Position numbers and translations under genes: made by a program. The notes beneath the pieces are model-generated. The model ran no database searches, was not told the origin of the DNA, and saw nothing but the letters and a program-made list of their open reading frames with translations. From assembly GCA_000091205.1 (NCBI GenBank), contig AP006501.2: a stretch of DNA of 64,000 nucleotides; one strand, given 5' to 3'. Below are positions 33,616 through 44,399 of the stretch, one piece after another (the first letter of the stretch is position 1; each line of letters begins with the position of its first letter). The DNA is from Cyanidioschyzon merolae. Taxonomy: Eukaryota.

Positions 33616-34727
33616 ACTGAACGCCCGCCCTGTACCTGGCTAGCGATTTTTTGCGAACCCTTCCCAGGTGTACAGCCTGCACACTCGAATTCAAGCAGTG
33701 AGGGCGTAAGGATTACACCGTAGCTTAAGGTTGCGTTGTTTTCCTCTGGGACTTGCAAACACGACGCTCTGCCGCCGGAATTTGTTACGTTACCGAAATC
33801 GCCATTTTTCAGGACGCTTTAGAGCAAGTTTTCGTAAATCAATACATGCCATTATCCAACGCTTACGTTCAAGCCTCTACTTGTCAAATTGGACAGCCAG
33901 GAGTGTGCTCAAATCACCGACTTCCCGGGGTTTCGCTTATTTTGTTGCAAGGATGCTCGTTGGGCACAGCGACTTGCGCCGATGGATCGACGAGAACACG
34001 TAGTAGCCCGCGTCGTCCCTTGGCGACGTGCCCACAAGCTCATGCTGAAAGACCACCGCCCGATTCAGGTCCGATGATCGGTTCCGTTCCGAAGACAAAT
34101 CGTCCCCTATTGTGGACATCAGGGAAGCTCCATTCGAATGAAGCATCACAAGTCCCACGGAATATGCCTTAGAGGCTCCTGTCTGTTCTCTTTGCACGGA
34201 ATACGGTTATGGACTCGAACTTGAGCGATCGTAGCGATCGCTTCCTGTAGAGGACGCGTCGCAGCTTAGCACGAAATGAGTGAACATAAATCCAAATTTC
34301 TCGAACAAATCTCCAGCCTGGGTTTTCCGTCGGCCACTCGTTACACCACGGACAACGTTGCATTCCATACAGGCTCTGTCGAATGGAACATGGTGCGCTT
34401 GCACGTCGAGCGTACGACGTCCGCTCCTAGGGGATCGCCCAGAACAAGCTCGCAAACGTAGCGCACAGCGCGCAACGGAGTCGGGCACCCATGGGGGCAC
34501 TCTGCACCCGTCATGGGCATGTACCGGGTGGTGAGGGGAGCGTTCAGGTACCGTGGGGCGGCCCTTGGAGGAAGAGGAGGATGACGAGGAGCTCGTGTGC
34601 ATCTGAGGGAACGCCTGACCAGTCTCAAGTGTCACCCCTGCAGCGGGTACAGCGCGACCGTATGCCAAGACGATTCCCTTATCGCAAACGACGCGCATGT
34701 CGCAACCGCCGCCTGTGCATGAATTGT
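33616..34727 (-). repeat. Inverted repeat arm 2
   Basis: Reverse complement of 30308-31422 (see arm 1). Confidence 0.9.
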
Positions 34728-34737
34728 GTGGACAGCA

Positions 34738-34860
34738 GCCGAACACCTCAAGCTGACGCCCTCAGTGATATGGCAAAGCCGTTCTGTGTCTGTCCTGCGA
34801 TCGCACCGGCGCTTTAGGAGCCATCGCTGACGCTCAAGGCGGGCTCGGCGCACGAAAGAA
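34738..34860 (+). repeat. ~200-bp interspersed repeat, copy 2 (partial), abutting the outer end of IR arm 2
   Basis: 'gacgccctcagtgatatggcaaagccgttctgtgtctgtcctgcgatcgcaccggcgct...' aligns with 27820-27930. Confidence 0.6.
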
Positions 34861-35417
34861 CTGGAAAACTGCACGGTGTCTTCGAAGGAAGCCCCGATGA
34901 GTGCAACTTGGAAGGAGGCGTAGCGATTGATGCTCCATCGTATGCTGGTATCAAGCGCACAATCGGGGATTCCCGGTCTGGGCAAACCCTCGATCAGAAA
35001 ACAGCTGGAGGCGGCGATATCGAGGACTGCAACGCTACGATCAATATCATTCAACTGCGTACAACCGCGTTGGACAGACAGGAGAGACCGGTATATGTAA
35101 AGCTGAAGATATGAAAGAGAAAAATGATCAGTAACAAGAAACTTGCAAAGGATGGTGTTGATGATATTGGAATAGGCCTAAACTTAAGAGTCTTTGCCCA
35201 AGTTCAGTGAGTGAATCCGTAATACTCTCATGTGACATGGGTGCGAAGAAGATCGGCCAACGTGCATCAACTGCCCGATGCGCGCCAAAATACGCGCGCG
35301 GACGCTGCTCGAACGCGCCTCGGTCGGCAATTTCCCGCGGCAAGCTTCTTCCCGCCTGGTACTCTCTGCCCTGCGTTGGCGTGTACCCAATATTCACAGA
35401 AGAGCCTTTGTGAAAAC

Positions 35418-36206
35418 ATGTTCGAGGCCCGCTTTCCGGAAGCGCTGCTTTTAAAGAAAATACTGGAGGCTATCAAGGACCTAGTCCAGGATGCCAACTT
35501 CGAGTGCACTGAGAGTGGCATCACCCTCCAGGCTATGGACAACGCTCACGTATCGCTCGTCACACTGCTTCTGCGTGGCGAGGGTTTCGACCTCTACCGA
35601 GTCGACAAACCTGAATCGCTTGGTATTAACTTGAACTCTATGTCGAAGATCATGCGTTGTGCGGCGAACAATGACACTGTCACTGTGGACAAACTCGAAG
35701 GTGCTGACACGGTGCGCTTTCTCTTCGAATCGCCGAACGCAGATCGCATGAGCGAGTTCCATCTCAAGTTGATGGATATTGACTCGGAAACGCTTGAGAT
35801 CCCCGAATCCATGTATCACGCTGAGATAGAGTTGCCCAGCGCGGAACTGCGTCGGATCGTGAGTGATCTCTCCACAATGGGCGACTCCGTGCGCATTTCT
35901 GTAAGCAAGGAGGGCGTCCGCTTTACGGTTCGTGGTGACGAAGGGAGTGGAAGCGTGATTCTGCGCCAAAGTACCGGTGTGGATAAGCCGGAGGAGGCGA
36001 TTCATATTGTAATGAACGAACCGGTGGAGCAGAGCTTTGCACTAAAGTACTTGAACTTGTTCTGCAAGGCGGCGCCTTTGAGTGCGCGCGCACAGATCAA
36101 ACTGAGTAAGGATGCTCCACTCTTGGTCAACTTCTCCATGAACAATATCGGATATTTGGCTTACTATTTGGCCCCGAAGATAGGAGATGAAGATATTGAA
36201 GAGTGA
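35418..36206 (+). CDS. PCNA: Proliferating cell nuclear antigen (PCNA)
   Basis: 262 aa from the ATG at 35418 (the track ORF starts upstream at a GTG). 'MFEARFPEALLLKKILEAIKDLVQDANFECTESGITLQAMDNAHVSLVTLLLRGEGFDLYR...LAPKIGDEDIEE' is collinear with eukaryotic PCNA end to end. Confidence 0.95.
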   Translation: MFEARFPEALLLKKILEAIKDLVQDANFECTESGITLQAMDNAHVSLVTLLLRGEGFDLYRVDKPESLGINLNSMSKIMRCAANNDTVTVDKLEGADTVRFLFESPNADRMSEFHLKLMDIDSETLEIPESMYHAEIELPSAELRRIVSDLSTMGDSVRISVSKEGVRFTVRGDEGSGSVILRQSTGVDKPEEAIHIVMNEPVEQSFALKYLNLFCKAAPLSARAQIKLSKDAPLLVNFSMNNIGYLAYYLAPKIGDEDIEE

Positions 36207-36830
36207 AACCACAGTCTTTGCTAAGTCCGGAGTCGGAAGAGTTAGGTGGACTTGTTTACTATCTGCAGAACGGATCCTCTGCGATTCTCCCCGGTGGCTT
36301 GCAACTACCTGTGGTTAAAGACTGGACCGCAGGCATCCAATGCGCATGACGCAGGTTACTGCCGATGAGCGTAGGCGCGCTGCGTTTTTAAACTCGAAAT
36401 GAAAACTCGTGCACAGGTTGCCTGATCGAATCTGTCGGCACTCAATACCGCACTCGCAAGCTTTTCTTCTATGTCCAAGTTCAGAACGCCTACTGAAGCT
36501 TGTGAAGCAGCCTCAGGAAGCTGGCAGAAACAACAGCAGTGTCCACATCATCTATTGCAGCTGCAGCGCGCGCGCTGCAACGATCCAGACACATCACCGG
36601 AATGCGCCTGATCCGCAATACTTGAGGCAATGCGTCTCTACCGAAATCCTGGACTCGGAGCATACCATTCATGGATGCGCTCATCGAATTCGAAAGCATA
36701 TACAGGTTTCGCTTCCATGGCATACAATCGGCGACCATGTAGCTGTTGATTTCTCGAACGCTACGTGACTTCCTGGGGCGAAATGAATGGAAGCGTTCTC
36801 CCCGCCGCTAGCGCCATGGCCCAATGCGAT

Positions 36831-38501
36831 TTACTCGACGCGACGCGCCTCTCGTTGACCGGATCGCGAGCTGCCACCCATCGGCGCTGCACCGGTACCG
36901 CTGCCGCTGCCGCCATGTCCACGGCCTGTGCGTCCGTGGCCCCGAAGGCGTCCTGTACCACCCGATGGATGCGTATCTCGGTCAAGAGCGTACCCCAGCG
37001 AGCTTGTTCGGTACGTCAGGGAGCGTGTCGTATCTATGACGTACTCGTAGATGCCAAGTGGTTGGTAACTCATGAGCACCTGATTGCGGCGATCGTCAAT
37101 TTTTGCATCCAGGCGGGCGCTGCGTACGAGACTTGCTACCCAGCGCTCTGCTCGAGCACGATCCATATTCAGTCGATCCGCGAATCCGTGCAAGTCGATG
37201 CAATCATGCGTACGACAATACATCTCAAAGATCAGCTGCAGACCGCTCTCCTGAAAGGCATCAACCGAGTCTCGCAAAAAGTAATCTTGACGCAGTGCGC
37301 TCTCACACTCTCGAAGCATATCTTCTGCTGTGCCCAGATCAAGGTTCCCCCAGAGACTTTCAACAAAACCTACAACAGGGTCTTTGGACAACTTTGCTCC
37401 GTCAAGGTCGATAGAACGCACCACTTCAGCGAACAGGTTCCGTTTCTGCCGTTTGTTGCAGATGGCGAGTGCAGCGACGACGTAGCGATAGAGATGTGCT
37501 GCGTTGGTTTCAATGGCCGTAAAGTAACGTTCGCTGGCGATGTTACCGATCGAGCCGGAAACATTGCGGTCAGTGCCCGCGCCAGACGACGAATGTAGTG
37601 AGAATACCAGGTCGATGAAATAATTCAGTGTGGTTGTGTTTTGGAAAAACACAAAGAGGCCCCAATGCAGCAACCAGGTCCGTTGTTGAAGCTGTTGCAG
37701 TGGGTTCAGCACGGGCGAACTCGATCCTGACAAGGAGGTGATAAATGCACGCAGGTTTTCAATTTCTTGCAACGCTGGTTCCCAACGATTTTCGAGGATC
37801 TCAGAGGCCAGCATTCCCCAGTGCAGCCCCAGGTCACGTTCCCAGTCTAAATCAGGCACGAGCGCGCGATATAGACGCAGCAACTCGCGTGACTCTGCAT
37901 AGTTTCCACAGTCGAACTGAAAGCGAGCATATTCATAAAGGGCATCAAAGAGGTCTTCGGAAAATACGTCCCGTATTTGGCGTACTTTGTCCAAAACGGA
38001 AGCATCCAGTTGTGGCAGTTCCTCTAAGTTGCTCGCCTCAGTTTCACCGTCTATCTTCGCGGTATCGCTTGTCGATGTTGGCGATAAATCCAGGCTCACT
38101 CTCGGCGGTGCTTTATCGTCCACGATGCCAGCCTCATCGGACTTGCTGATTTGCGCCTCTTTTGCCACTTTGCTTACTGCCTGGAGCAGCGGACGCACCT
38201 CAATATGGAGCGTCTTCAGTGCCAAAACTATTGATTCTCGCCTTTCCGCCAGCGCAGCACGCCCTTCCAGACCTCTCTGCTCGTCCTCAGAAAGTGGCTG
38301 GTCCTGCTCAATTTCCTGCCATACTTCCAGTGCATAGTCGATCATGCTTGTGCGCACCAGCGTGTGCAGCAACGCGAGTTGCGCATCCCGTTTTTCCGCG
38401 CGAGTTGGCGCGGTTTCCTCCTGAAACCTAAGCAAGGGTATTATCAAGTGGCGATCGAGGCACGACGTTAATGTCGGGAGTAGATCTTGTGACCACGACA
38501 T
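36831..38501 (-). CDS. EIF3E: Eukaryotic translation initiation factor 3 subunit E (eIF3e/INT6), PCI domain
   Basis: ATG at 38501. Motifs 'LDRHLIIPLLRF', 'QQRTWLLHWGLFVFFQ', 'LRECESAL', 'RLNMDRARAERWVASLVRSARLDAKID' match eIF3e along its length. The G/R-rich C-terminal tail is unusual. Confidence 0.9.
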   Translation of the reverse strand: MSWSQDLLPTLTSCLDRHLIIPLLRFQEETAPTRAEKRDAQLALLHTLVRTSMIDYALEVWQEIEQDQPLSEDEQRGLEGRAALAERRESIVLALKTLHIEVRPLLQAVSKVAKEAQISKSDEAGIVDDKAPPRVSLDLSPTSTSDTAKIDGETEASNLEELPQLDASVLDKVRQIRDVFSEDLFDALYEYARFQFDCGNYAESRELLRLYRALVPDLDWERDLGLHWGMLASEILENRWEPALQEIENLRAFITSLSGSSSPVLNPLQQLQQRTWLLHWGLFVFFQNTTTLNYFIDLVFSLHSSSGAGTDRNVSGSIGNIASERYFTAIETNAAHLYRYVVAALAICNKRQKRNLFAEVVRSIDLDGAKLSKDPVVGFVESLWGNLDLGTAEDMLRECESALRQDYFLRDSVDAFQESGLQLIFEMYCRTHDCIDLHGFADRLNMDRARAERWVASLVRSARLDAKIDDRRNQVLMSYQPLGIYEYVIDTTRSLTYRTSSLGYALDRDTHPSGGTGRLRGHGRTGRGHGGSGSGTGAAPMGGSSRSGQREARRVE

Positions 38502-38826
38502 TGAATCTAGGGTTTAAACTAGCCGCTTTCGTGTTCCTAGGAAAGAGTTTGTAGAAGAGTCCAACCAGCTTGCTCCGATCGTTGCAAGCAACCCGTTGGA
38601 AGCGATCTAGCTGGCGGGTCCAGGCGATTTGGCTTAGCCTGCAGCCTGCCTTTAACAACGATTAAAGGATTTGAGCACAATAAAACCTCAAGTAAAGCAC
38701 GCAAGCCTTTTCACGAAGCCGCTCACGTGGAATAGGAGTTCTGTAACAGTCTTTGCGACGATATGCACTTGCTCGAAGCGGCCGTCGCCGATCGATGGCA
38801 GGCGAGGCCGTCAACCACCCAAACCC

Positions 38827-41010
38827 GAGCGTCTCTAACATAGTCTGCTACCTCTATTATGTTCCACCGCAGGTGCGAGTCCTTTACGGCCTCTTCGCGG
38901 TTTACCGCAGATTCATTCGAAGCGCGTTCATCTTGAAGAAATACAGTATTCAAGGGGAAGGTATGCACGTAAAAGCCGAGGATCCTGGAGGACCGTCATC
39001 CCTGGCTGCCCGAAGAAAACGCAAAAAATCCTCTCATCGCCGATCATCGAGCGAAGACAAGCAAGTTACGAGGAAAAAAACAGAATAGGGGACACAGACG
39101 ATAAAAGGTGTTTGCTAGACGTGACAATGACGAGACTGTTGTGGCGCAGGGGGCGCGAGTACTTGGAATTCTTGCAATGTTGAGCTCCACCAGCGTCAAT
39201 GCACGCAAGGAGTTCGTGAATCGAGACGTGAACGCCGCCATCTATACCAAACGATGTGCGGTGCTGAAGAGGATACCCGAGGCGCTGGCGCGAGCCCGTC
39301 TTGTGAGGCAGCCTCTCAGGCTCGAGGTATACATGCAGAATCTGGAACTGATAGCAGGCGGCCGGTCAGACGAGAGAGTGAGGCGTCTGCGAGTGGGTGT
39401 CTATGTACCTATCATGGTCGTGAACCGCTGCTCGTTGTACCGACTATAAACTTAGAGCAGTGGATTCTGGAACAACTTTTCGAGGGCGCGCTTTTGTTTC
39501 GATTGCTTTTCTCGCAGGTGTTCAACCAAGCAATTGTGTACTTTAGGTTCGGGGGAAAGTCGCGAAACGTTTTGAGCTTTTTATGGCTTGCGTGCGCAAA
39601 CCGCCGTCATTCTGAACTGAAGGCAACGCAATCCGATAAAGTGCATGAATCAGCTGTCTCGTAGTGCCTGTTCCTAGAACTGCGCTCCAAAACGAGAACG
39701 TACCAGACGCCACCTACAAGCCTTGCTCGTTTTCAATCCGTTCCACTCCACAGTTCCGTTCAGAAAAAGCAGAGAAAAAACCACACGATATGAAGATTCT
39801 GTACCGTCGATACCGACGGTAATGAAGAGGCACGGGTGGACGACGCAAAAGCACGTTGCTCCGTGAGACCGTCGTACGTTGAACGAGACGCGCACACTCT
39901 CATACGCACACCCGCGATCGATTACATCATGAAAAGCGAGCGGTTACTACGGGACGGACGAGTGCTCGTCGCTCTCAATGAGACTTCATTCAGAGAAGCG
40001 TGCAGACCTGGACACGGGCGCCCTAACAGGGATCATCGATGTTCGCACACCAGGAACACGCGAGTATTCCGAAAAGATCAGCAGTAGCAGCAGCATGGAA
40101 ATCGTGTGGTCGCCTACTTTTCGCCAAACGGGCGGGATTGCCCAACAGCTCATTCGCGGTCGAGGCAGTCCCCAGGATGCAGAGCTGAAGTGGATGCCCT
40201 GCACGCTTGCTCCGGGGTGCGCCTTAGCGACCATGCGGCACATGCGGACGATATTGGGGCAGGGGCACAGCGAACCGCGCTGGGGCCGCCAACGGTTTCG
40301 GTTGTATAGGCCGAACTGGCGTGCAATCGCCTACGTGGTCAGTCAGTTGGACAAAGCATCGACAGACGTGTCGCATCGTTTGGTGGAGGACGAAGGCGCT
40401 CGACGTATTGCTGCGCGCAAAGCACGTACCCGTGTTCGTTGCGCGAGAGCGCACACCGAGTGCAGGAATCGATGCGGTACGTGCTCCCGTTGATGAGTTC
40501 AAAACGACGTATACGCATCACAAGCATGTGTGCACGCCGAAACGGGTAGAGAAGACGAATGTGAAACGGAACCTGATGCACGACGTGGTGTGCGGGAAGC
40601 GGGGCATCGTCAGGTAGCGACGAGGGTGCAGGTGAGCGGCTGGCAACGGCGTGATTCCCCGAGCAGCCACGCGTGCAAGCACATTCTGCGCGGAGACTTG
40701 GGCGTCTCAACGAGCACCCGGAAGCGTCTCGTGCTTCCGGAGCGTCCATCGGTTTTGCATGAAGCGAGCGCTCGAGGTAGTAATCGGTTCGACCTTCGCG
40801 GCGCCATGGTACTGGAACGCAGAAGGCTTGCGATGAAAAGAATCAGTGGCGGCGAGAGAGGGCTCTGGATTCCCGACTGGAGCTATGCACTGGTACGATA
40901 TGGATCAGCAATCGAGTGAGACTCGTGTACTCTCATATATACGCTGTGATTTGGATTCCCTGGCAGTTGGAGAAAGATCGTGCTGATATACTATCCGATT
41001 TTACTGCGGA
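38827..41010 (+). mobile_element. Copy B of the ~2.2-kb repeated non-autonomous element: a Fanzor 3' fragment (38835-39460) plus the 1.5-kb core (39461-41010)
   Basis: Near-identical to 56635-58824 inverted; the core is identical to 7264-8784. The ends were read from where the three copies diverge: left 'ccgagcgtctctaaca', right '...gatcgtgctgatatactatccgattttactgcggatat'. No target-site duplication is seen. Confidence 0.8.
39108..39449 (+). pseudogene. Fanzor/TnpB C-terminal fragment (RuvC-III) inside copy B
   Basis: 'ARVLGILAMLSSTSVNARKEFVNRDVNAAIYTKRCAVLKR...VRQPLRLEVYMQNLELIAGGRS' aligns with the intact copy's '[41 protein letters not shown]...[22 protein letters not shown]'. Confidence 0.75.
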
Positions 41011-41354
41011 TATGAAGCGAGATGCAACACAGTGTTTTGATATAAATCCGCGCATTCAAACCTATAGACTTTCAGATGAACTTTGACACTCGCAACACAA
41101 ATCTCGCTCGTTGGAGCTGCTCGACTCGCGGCGTCTAGCCTTCTCGAAACTGGAATGCGACTGCCGGACAGTCACAGTTGCAAAACGTTCGCTGCGAAAT
41201 CGGTCATTGGGACAGTATTTCCAACCATCCACGGCTATTTCATGTGCAAAAGCTCTCCAAGCCGTAGAATTTGCAGTGTTTTCTTTTTTATAGGCATGCA
41301 CATGAGCTTTCTTATTTTGACGCTCCAAAGAACTAGTGTCTGATTCGGCGATCG

Positions 41355-42458
41355 TTGCGAGCACCGGAACACGCACGGTGCGTCTGTCGAGCTCAGAACG
41401 CAGCAGGGAGCGGAAGCAGCTGCCACAGGCGAAGACGGCTTGTTTCTCGCCGAGCGAGCGACTTAGAGGACGACCATTTGGCTATCTCGCGTGAAAGTCG
41501 TAGTTGTCGCTTGTTGGGAGCAGTATTCAGGCACAACTACTGCTGTTTGCGTACAAGACTCAATTTTCTGTGCGAGCTCCCGTGGAGCAACGGGGAACGC
41601 TACTACGGACCTACTAGTGTTGCTCTCGAAAGCCGACCGGGACGGCTATCCTGCTCGTCCAGGTCTATGAATGACGACTCACGACGCTATCCCAACTTTA
41701 GTGCGTACTTTCGACCAGTGCAAGACGGCGAACCGCTACCGTCTGCACCGGAGAGTTTGGCGCTGTGGGGTCAGCGCACTGTATGGGGCCTTCTCGGTGG
41801 AGCAGCACTGGGCTTTGGCCAGGGACTTCAACGCGCACGTATGCGAAAAGCGTACCCAATGCCTGCGGGTCTCGTGAACTCGCCATCGAGGCGCCTCGCC
41901 TACTTCGTGACGAGTGGCGTGGTGAGCACCAGTGCTCACCTCGGCCTCTTCGTGGCCCTCTATAGCGCTGTCGACCTCGGTGTTCGGGAATGGTTGCGCT
42001 CGGCGCCTGCTGAGCCTTTAGCAGACGGCTGTATACTCTGTAACTGGACCCGATCGGCGGGCGTTGAACAGTCCAGCGGTCTTGCTGCTGGCTCCATAAC
42101 AGGCTTTCTCTTCCGACTTCCTACCGGTTCTGCCTCGCTAGCTCTTTCTGGAGCTGCATACGGCGCTGGCCTTGGTTTCATAGCAGGCTCCATTGAACGA
42201 TGGCTGCGCAAACTCGAGCACGCTGCTCGTTCAAAGTGGACAGCGCAGCAAGCAGCTGACGAGGTCGACCATAAAGAAGTCGAGCAGGCTGGCACAGCTA
42301 CAGCATCCTCGCCGAAGTCAGGCGCTGTTGATGCCTATATTCTAGCGCTCCAGCAACGGGTTCAGCCAAATACGCATCAGGGATTAGAAGAATGGAGAGC
42401 AAATGGCGAGGTCTCTTCTGAGGAGTCGGAGAAGAATACATCACCCGGTAGCCCTTGA
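41355..42458 (+). CDS. Possible Tim17/Tim22/Tim23/OEP16-family preprotein-translocase-like membrane protein
   Basis: Gly/Ala-rich amphipathic TM segments with the family-like pattern '...NW.RSAG...GLAAGSITG...G...L.GAAYGAGLGFIAG...'. This is a weak, pattern-level call only. Confidence 0.3.
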   Translation: MRAPEHARCVCRAQNAAGSGSSCHRRRRLVSRRASDLEDDHLAISRESRSCRLLGAVFRHNYCCLRTRLNFLCELPWSNGERYYGPTSVALESRPGRLSCSSRSMNDDSRRYPNFSAYFRPVQDGEPLPSAPESLALWGQRTVWGLLGGAALGFGQGLQRARMRKAYPMPAGLVNSPSRRLAYFVTSGVVSTSAHLGLFVALYSAVDLGVREWLRSAPAEPLADGCILCNWTRSAGVEQSSGLAAGSITGFLFRLPTGSASLALSGAAYGAGLGFIAGSIERWLRKLEHAARSKWTAQQAADEVDHKEVEQAGTATASSPKSGAVDAYILALQQRVQPNTHQGLEEWRANGEVSSEESEKNTSPGSP

Positions 42459-44399
42459 AATCTTCGGAAAACTGCGAAGAGCGTACGGAGACTCGCTGGA
42501 TATTGGAGACGCCAGCGCTGTGGCGCGCCGTCTTCGCGCATAGTGGCGCCGTTTCGCGCTGTTGATGACTTTCACATTCGAGCAATGTAGTGCATTACTG
42601 TCTCACACGAGACTGTGCGAGAAAGTTTTCACACAAGCTGCTGATTCGAGAGCTCCCATCACGGATGCGATAGAAGACCGGCTGCATCCTAATGAATCAG
42701 ATCTATGACGAATCTCTTGTTCCTGCTCGTCATTTGAGGAAAACTTCCTCAAGCAGATGTGGTATATACCGGTTTCCGATGGCGCAAGATGAGAATTCTA
42801 TTTTTTCGGTGAAATATTTTCTCGGAGGCAGATGCGGCCTGCCTTCCCAAAAGCACGCAAAACGTTCAAACTAGGAGGAGGATGTACCAAAGCGACATCG
42901 TGTGCGGAGTTTATTGGAGCGTAGCTGTGTCCTCAGCTGCGTCTGCGAGCAGTCCATCTCTCATTGCTGATGGGAAACAGGGCCCTATCCAAAGGTCAAA
43001 AAAGCGTCCTACGAGGTTTCATAGCGCTCTCCCCAATCAATGCAAACCTCTCCGCTTGAAGACGCGACATGGGAAGCTCGCGTTTTGATTGTTATCTGTT
43101 GAGGAAACGTGGAAATTCTTCAGCATTTATTGCTACTCGGGCATTGCTATCTGCAGGGCTAGTAAGCGGAATGTAGTGCATCCCTATCATTCAAGTCGCT
43201 CAACACGGGCGCACAGGCGAAACCGCGGCACCGTGGTTCGCGATCGCCGAAGGCTGCATTTTAGATTTCTTGTCGGTTTACGATCGATGAAACGAGCTTA
43301 TTTACTTTGTATGCGCCGCTGCTGTCTACAGGGAAGGCAGAAGCCACTGCTCGTCAACTGCATTTTTGATTGGAGGAGCCTTGCAATCGGCGTCGGTTTT
43401 TGTAATGACACGGAGGCGTTGCGATGGAGTCCACGGGCGGGCACCAAGCCAAGCAATGTAGGTTCATGTCGGAGACACATGCGGGGTACCAGCGCCCTGG
43501 TCCACGGATTCGGTTGCCGCAGGAAGTTTCGTACGCGACTGTCTTGCGTCGCCCCAAATTTGGTAGCAGTAGAAGCCAACGCCGAGCCAGAGCGTCAAAA
43601 GCGCCAAAAAAGCTGCTGTCTTCGCGCTTTGCTGAGATGAACTGTAGACTAACGCAAGGACCAGTATAGGGCAGACTCCGTTGAAGGCTATGACGCTCCA
43701 GAATAACCCCCAGGGCGACCTTTTGGGTTTCTCCACGGGGTTTCGCTCTGACGCACCCACGCAGAGCGTACAGCCTCCCGCAGAGGTATGCTTCGGCGCC
43801 TTCGACGAAATCGGCTCCACTCCCGCTGTTCCGTACATGTTGGACAGCTTCTCCCAGTCGTGCCAAGTGACTGGAGCTCTTGCCTGCGGTGCTTGCTGTT
43901 TTCCTGGCACCAGCGATGTCTCGGTCGACAGCTGTGGCGTTTCGGGTCGCAACTACGTTATGAGCTGCAACGGAGGGCACGATCTCTGCTCTTCAGCAAT
44001 TGGCGCCCTAGTTTCCAGTTCCTATTTCTGCCAGAGTAACCTGCTCGTATGGGAAAGCTGGCCTCGTGAACGCGACTCGCAGGCCGGTACGCAAGATTGC
44101 TCGAGGTTGCAGGTTTTGCAGCGTGGCACTCGCGTAGGGTGCCAAATTTTTAGCTGCGTTTCGAAGGTTCCAAAGCCGACGACTAAGCGAAGCTCTCCGA
44201 CGCTCTGGCAGTTTCCAAGTACGTCAAAAAACAGCCAGCGGTCGTTCCCGTCAACAAGCATAGCAACTCGAGCACTGCGCGAGCGTTTTCATGAGCGTTT
44301 ACTAGAGCAGTAGAGCACGCTTCCAAGACTCACAGCCAGTTTTACGTAACATCGTGCTATTCAGTTGCCCGCCGCTGTGCTCGAGCCCGGACTCCACAA

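Noticed and set aside
35481-36005. 174-aa minus-strand ORF
   Set aside because: Antisense to PCNA.
36765-37598. 277-aa plus-strand ORF
   Set aside because: Antisense to the strongly supported eIF3e CDS.
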